Origin: a virus | Lineage: Duplodnaviria > Caudoviricetes | Reading direction: 5' to 3' (one strand) | DNA length: 64,000 nucleotides | Virus record (IMG/VR): IMGVR_UViG_3300033066_002242 | Span: 1-64,000 of that record | In this document: piece by piece, positions 63,588 through 64,000 of the stretch | Layout: each line of letters begins with the position of its first letter | How positions within the stretch are numbered: position 1 is the first letter of the stretch | Program-made: the position numbers and the translations under genes | The notes under the pieces: model-generated | Databases searched by the model: none | Seen by the model: only the letters and a program-made list of their open reading frames with translations | Told to the model about the DNA's origin: nothing

Positions 63588-64000
63588 TACACCGTCTCCT
63601 CGATCTCGAATTCCGCAGGGAACGCTTCTGCATTGTTGCCATTGGCGTTCAGTGAGTCATTATTATACAGGTACGACCCTGTCGGGCTGGGAACGTCTGC
63701 CCCATTCACCACAGAGTACGTGAAAGGCCCGTACAGAGGGTCATCAACCCGTGAGGCAGAGTAGGATACGTTATGCGACCCGGCATTGCCCTTGGACAGG
63801 TTGGTAGCCAGCAGCTTGGCGGTGTTCGTCACGGAAGTGCCTATGGGTGCCCGGAACTTGGACACGGAAGGCAGGAACTGCACCACCCGCTTCACGAACC
63901 CTCCTACCACGTAGTTCTCTGTCCCTGCTTCCAGGCCTGCCACGGGAATGCCTGCCAAATTGAGAGCAGACAGACCGGAGAATACCGCAGGACCCTTGGC
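63587..64000 (-). CDS. Virion structural protein (5' truncated)
   Basis: Frame open to the window edge. Confidence 0.65.
   Translation of the reverse strand, partial: AKGPAVFSGLSALNLAGIPVAGLEAGTENYVVGGFVKRVVQFLPSVSKFRAPIGTSVTNTAKLLATNLSKGNAGSHNVSYSASRVDDPLYGPFTYSVVNGADVPSPTGSYLYNNDSLNANGNNAEAFPAEFEIEETV

Noticed and set aside
1-64000. Stop-codon reassignment
   Set aside because: TAA, TAG and TGA all end genes cleanly with frequent ATGA coupling; only one isolated in-frame extension (22677) was seen.

Overview
This 64 kb window is from a large, GC-rich, contractile-tailed (myovirus-like) phage, probably of a proteobacterial host. No integrase, tRNA, rRNA or CRISPR array was seen. Architecture: (i) 1-2684, minus-strand virion genes. 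(ii) A ~1.1 kb non-coding control region (2685-3879) with an origin-like AT-rich core, iterons and two Fur-box-like palindromes. (iii) 3880-28251, a plus-strand early/accessory block of ~60 small genes driven by a repeated TCAATW-N15-GGTATAAG promoter with a 5' leader hairpin. It includes an RNAP alpha-CTD-like protein, an HExxH protein, a WYL-type wHTH, four DUF2591/NinX-like paralogues, Lar-like, NTase-like, DUF4406 and Nudix proteins, and ThyA. (iv) 28299-64000, a minus-strand morphogenesis block: spike, tube, sheath, neck, a PAS protein, major capsid, decoration, scaffold-like proteins, prohead protease, the C-terminal part of a split bacterial-type RNA polymerase beta-prime, a YiiX-type amidase and tail fibre/appendage genes. 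Best candidate for an undescribed system: a head-cargo addressing and maturation system. Eight genes with otherwise mostly unrelated bodies share an N-terminal leader N-x-[YF]-x-x-[GEA]-M-x-K-x-A. The same hydrophobic-x-K-x-A motif is highly enriched in head proteins, suggesting the prohead-protease site. Most cargo proteins carry Gly/Ala-rich membrane anchors, and two look like polyproteins of tail-anchored modules. All product calls come from motif recognition by eye; no searches were run.
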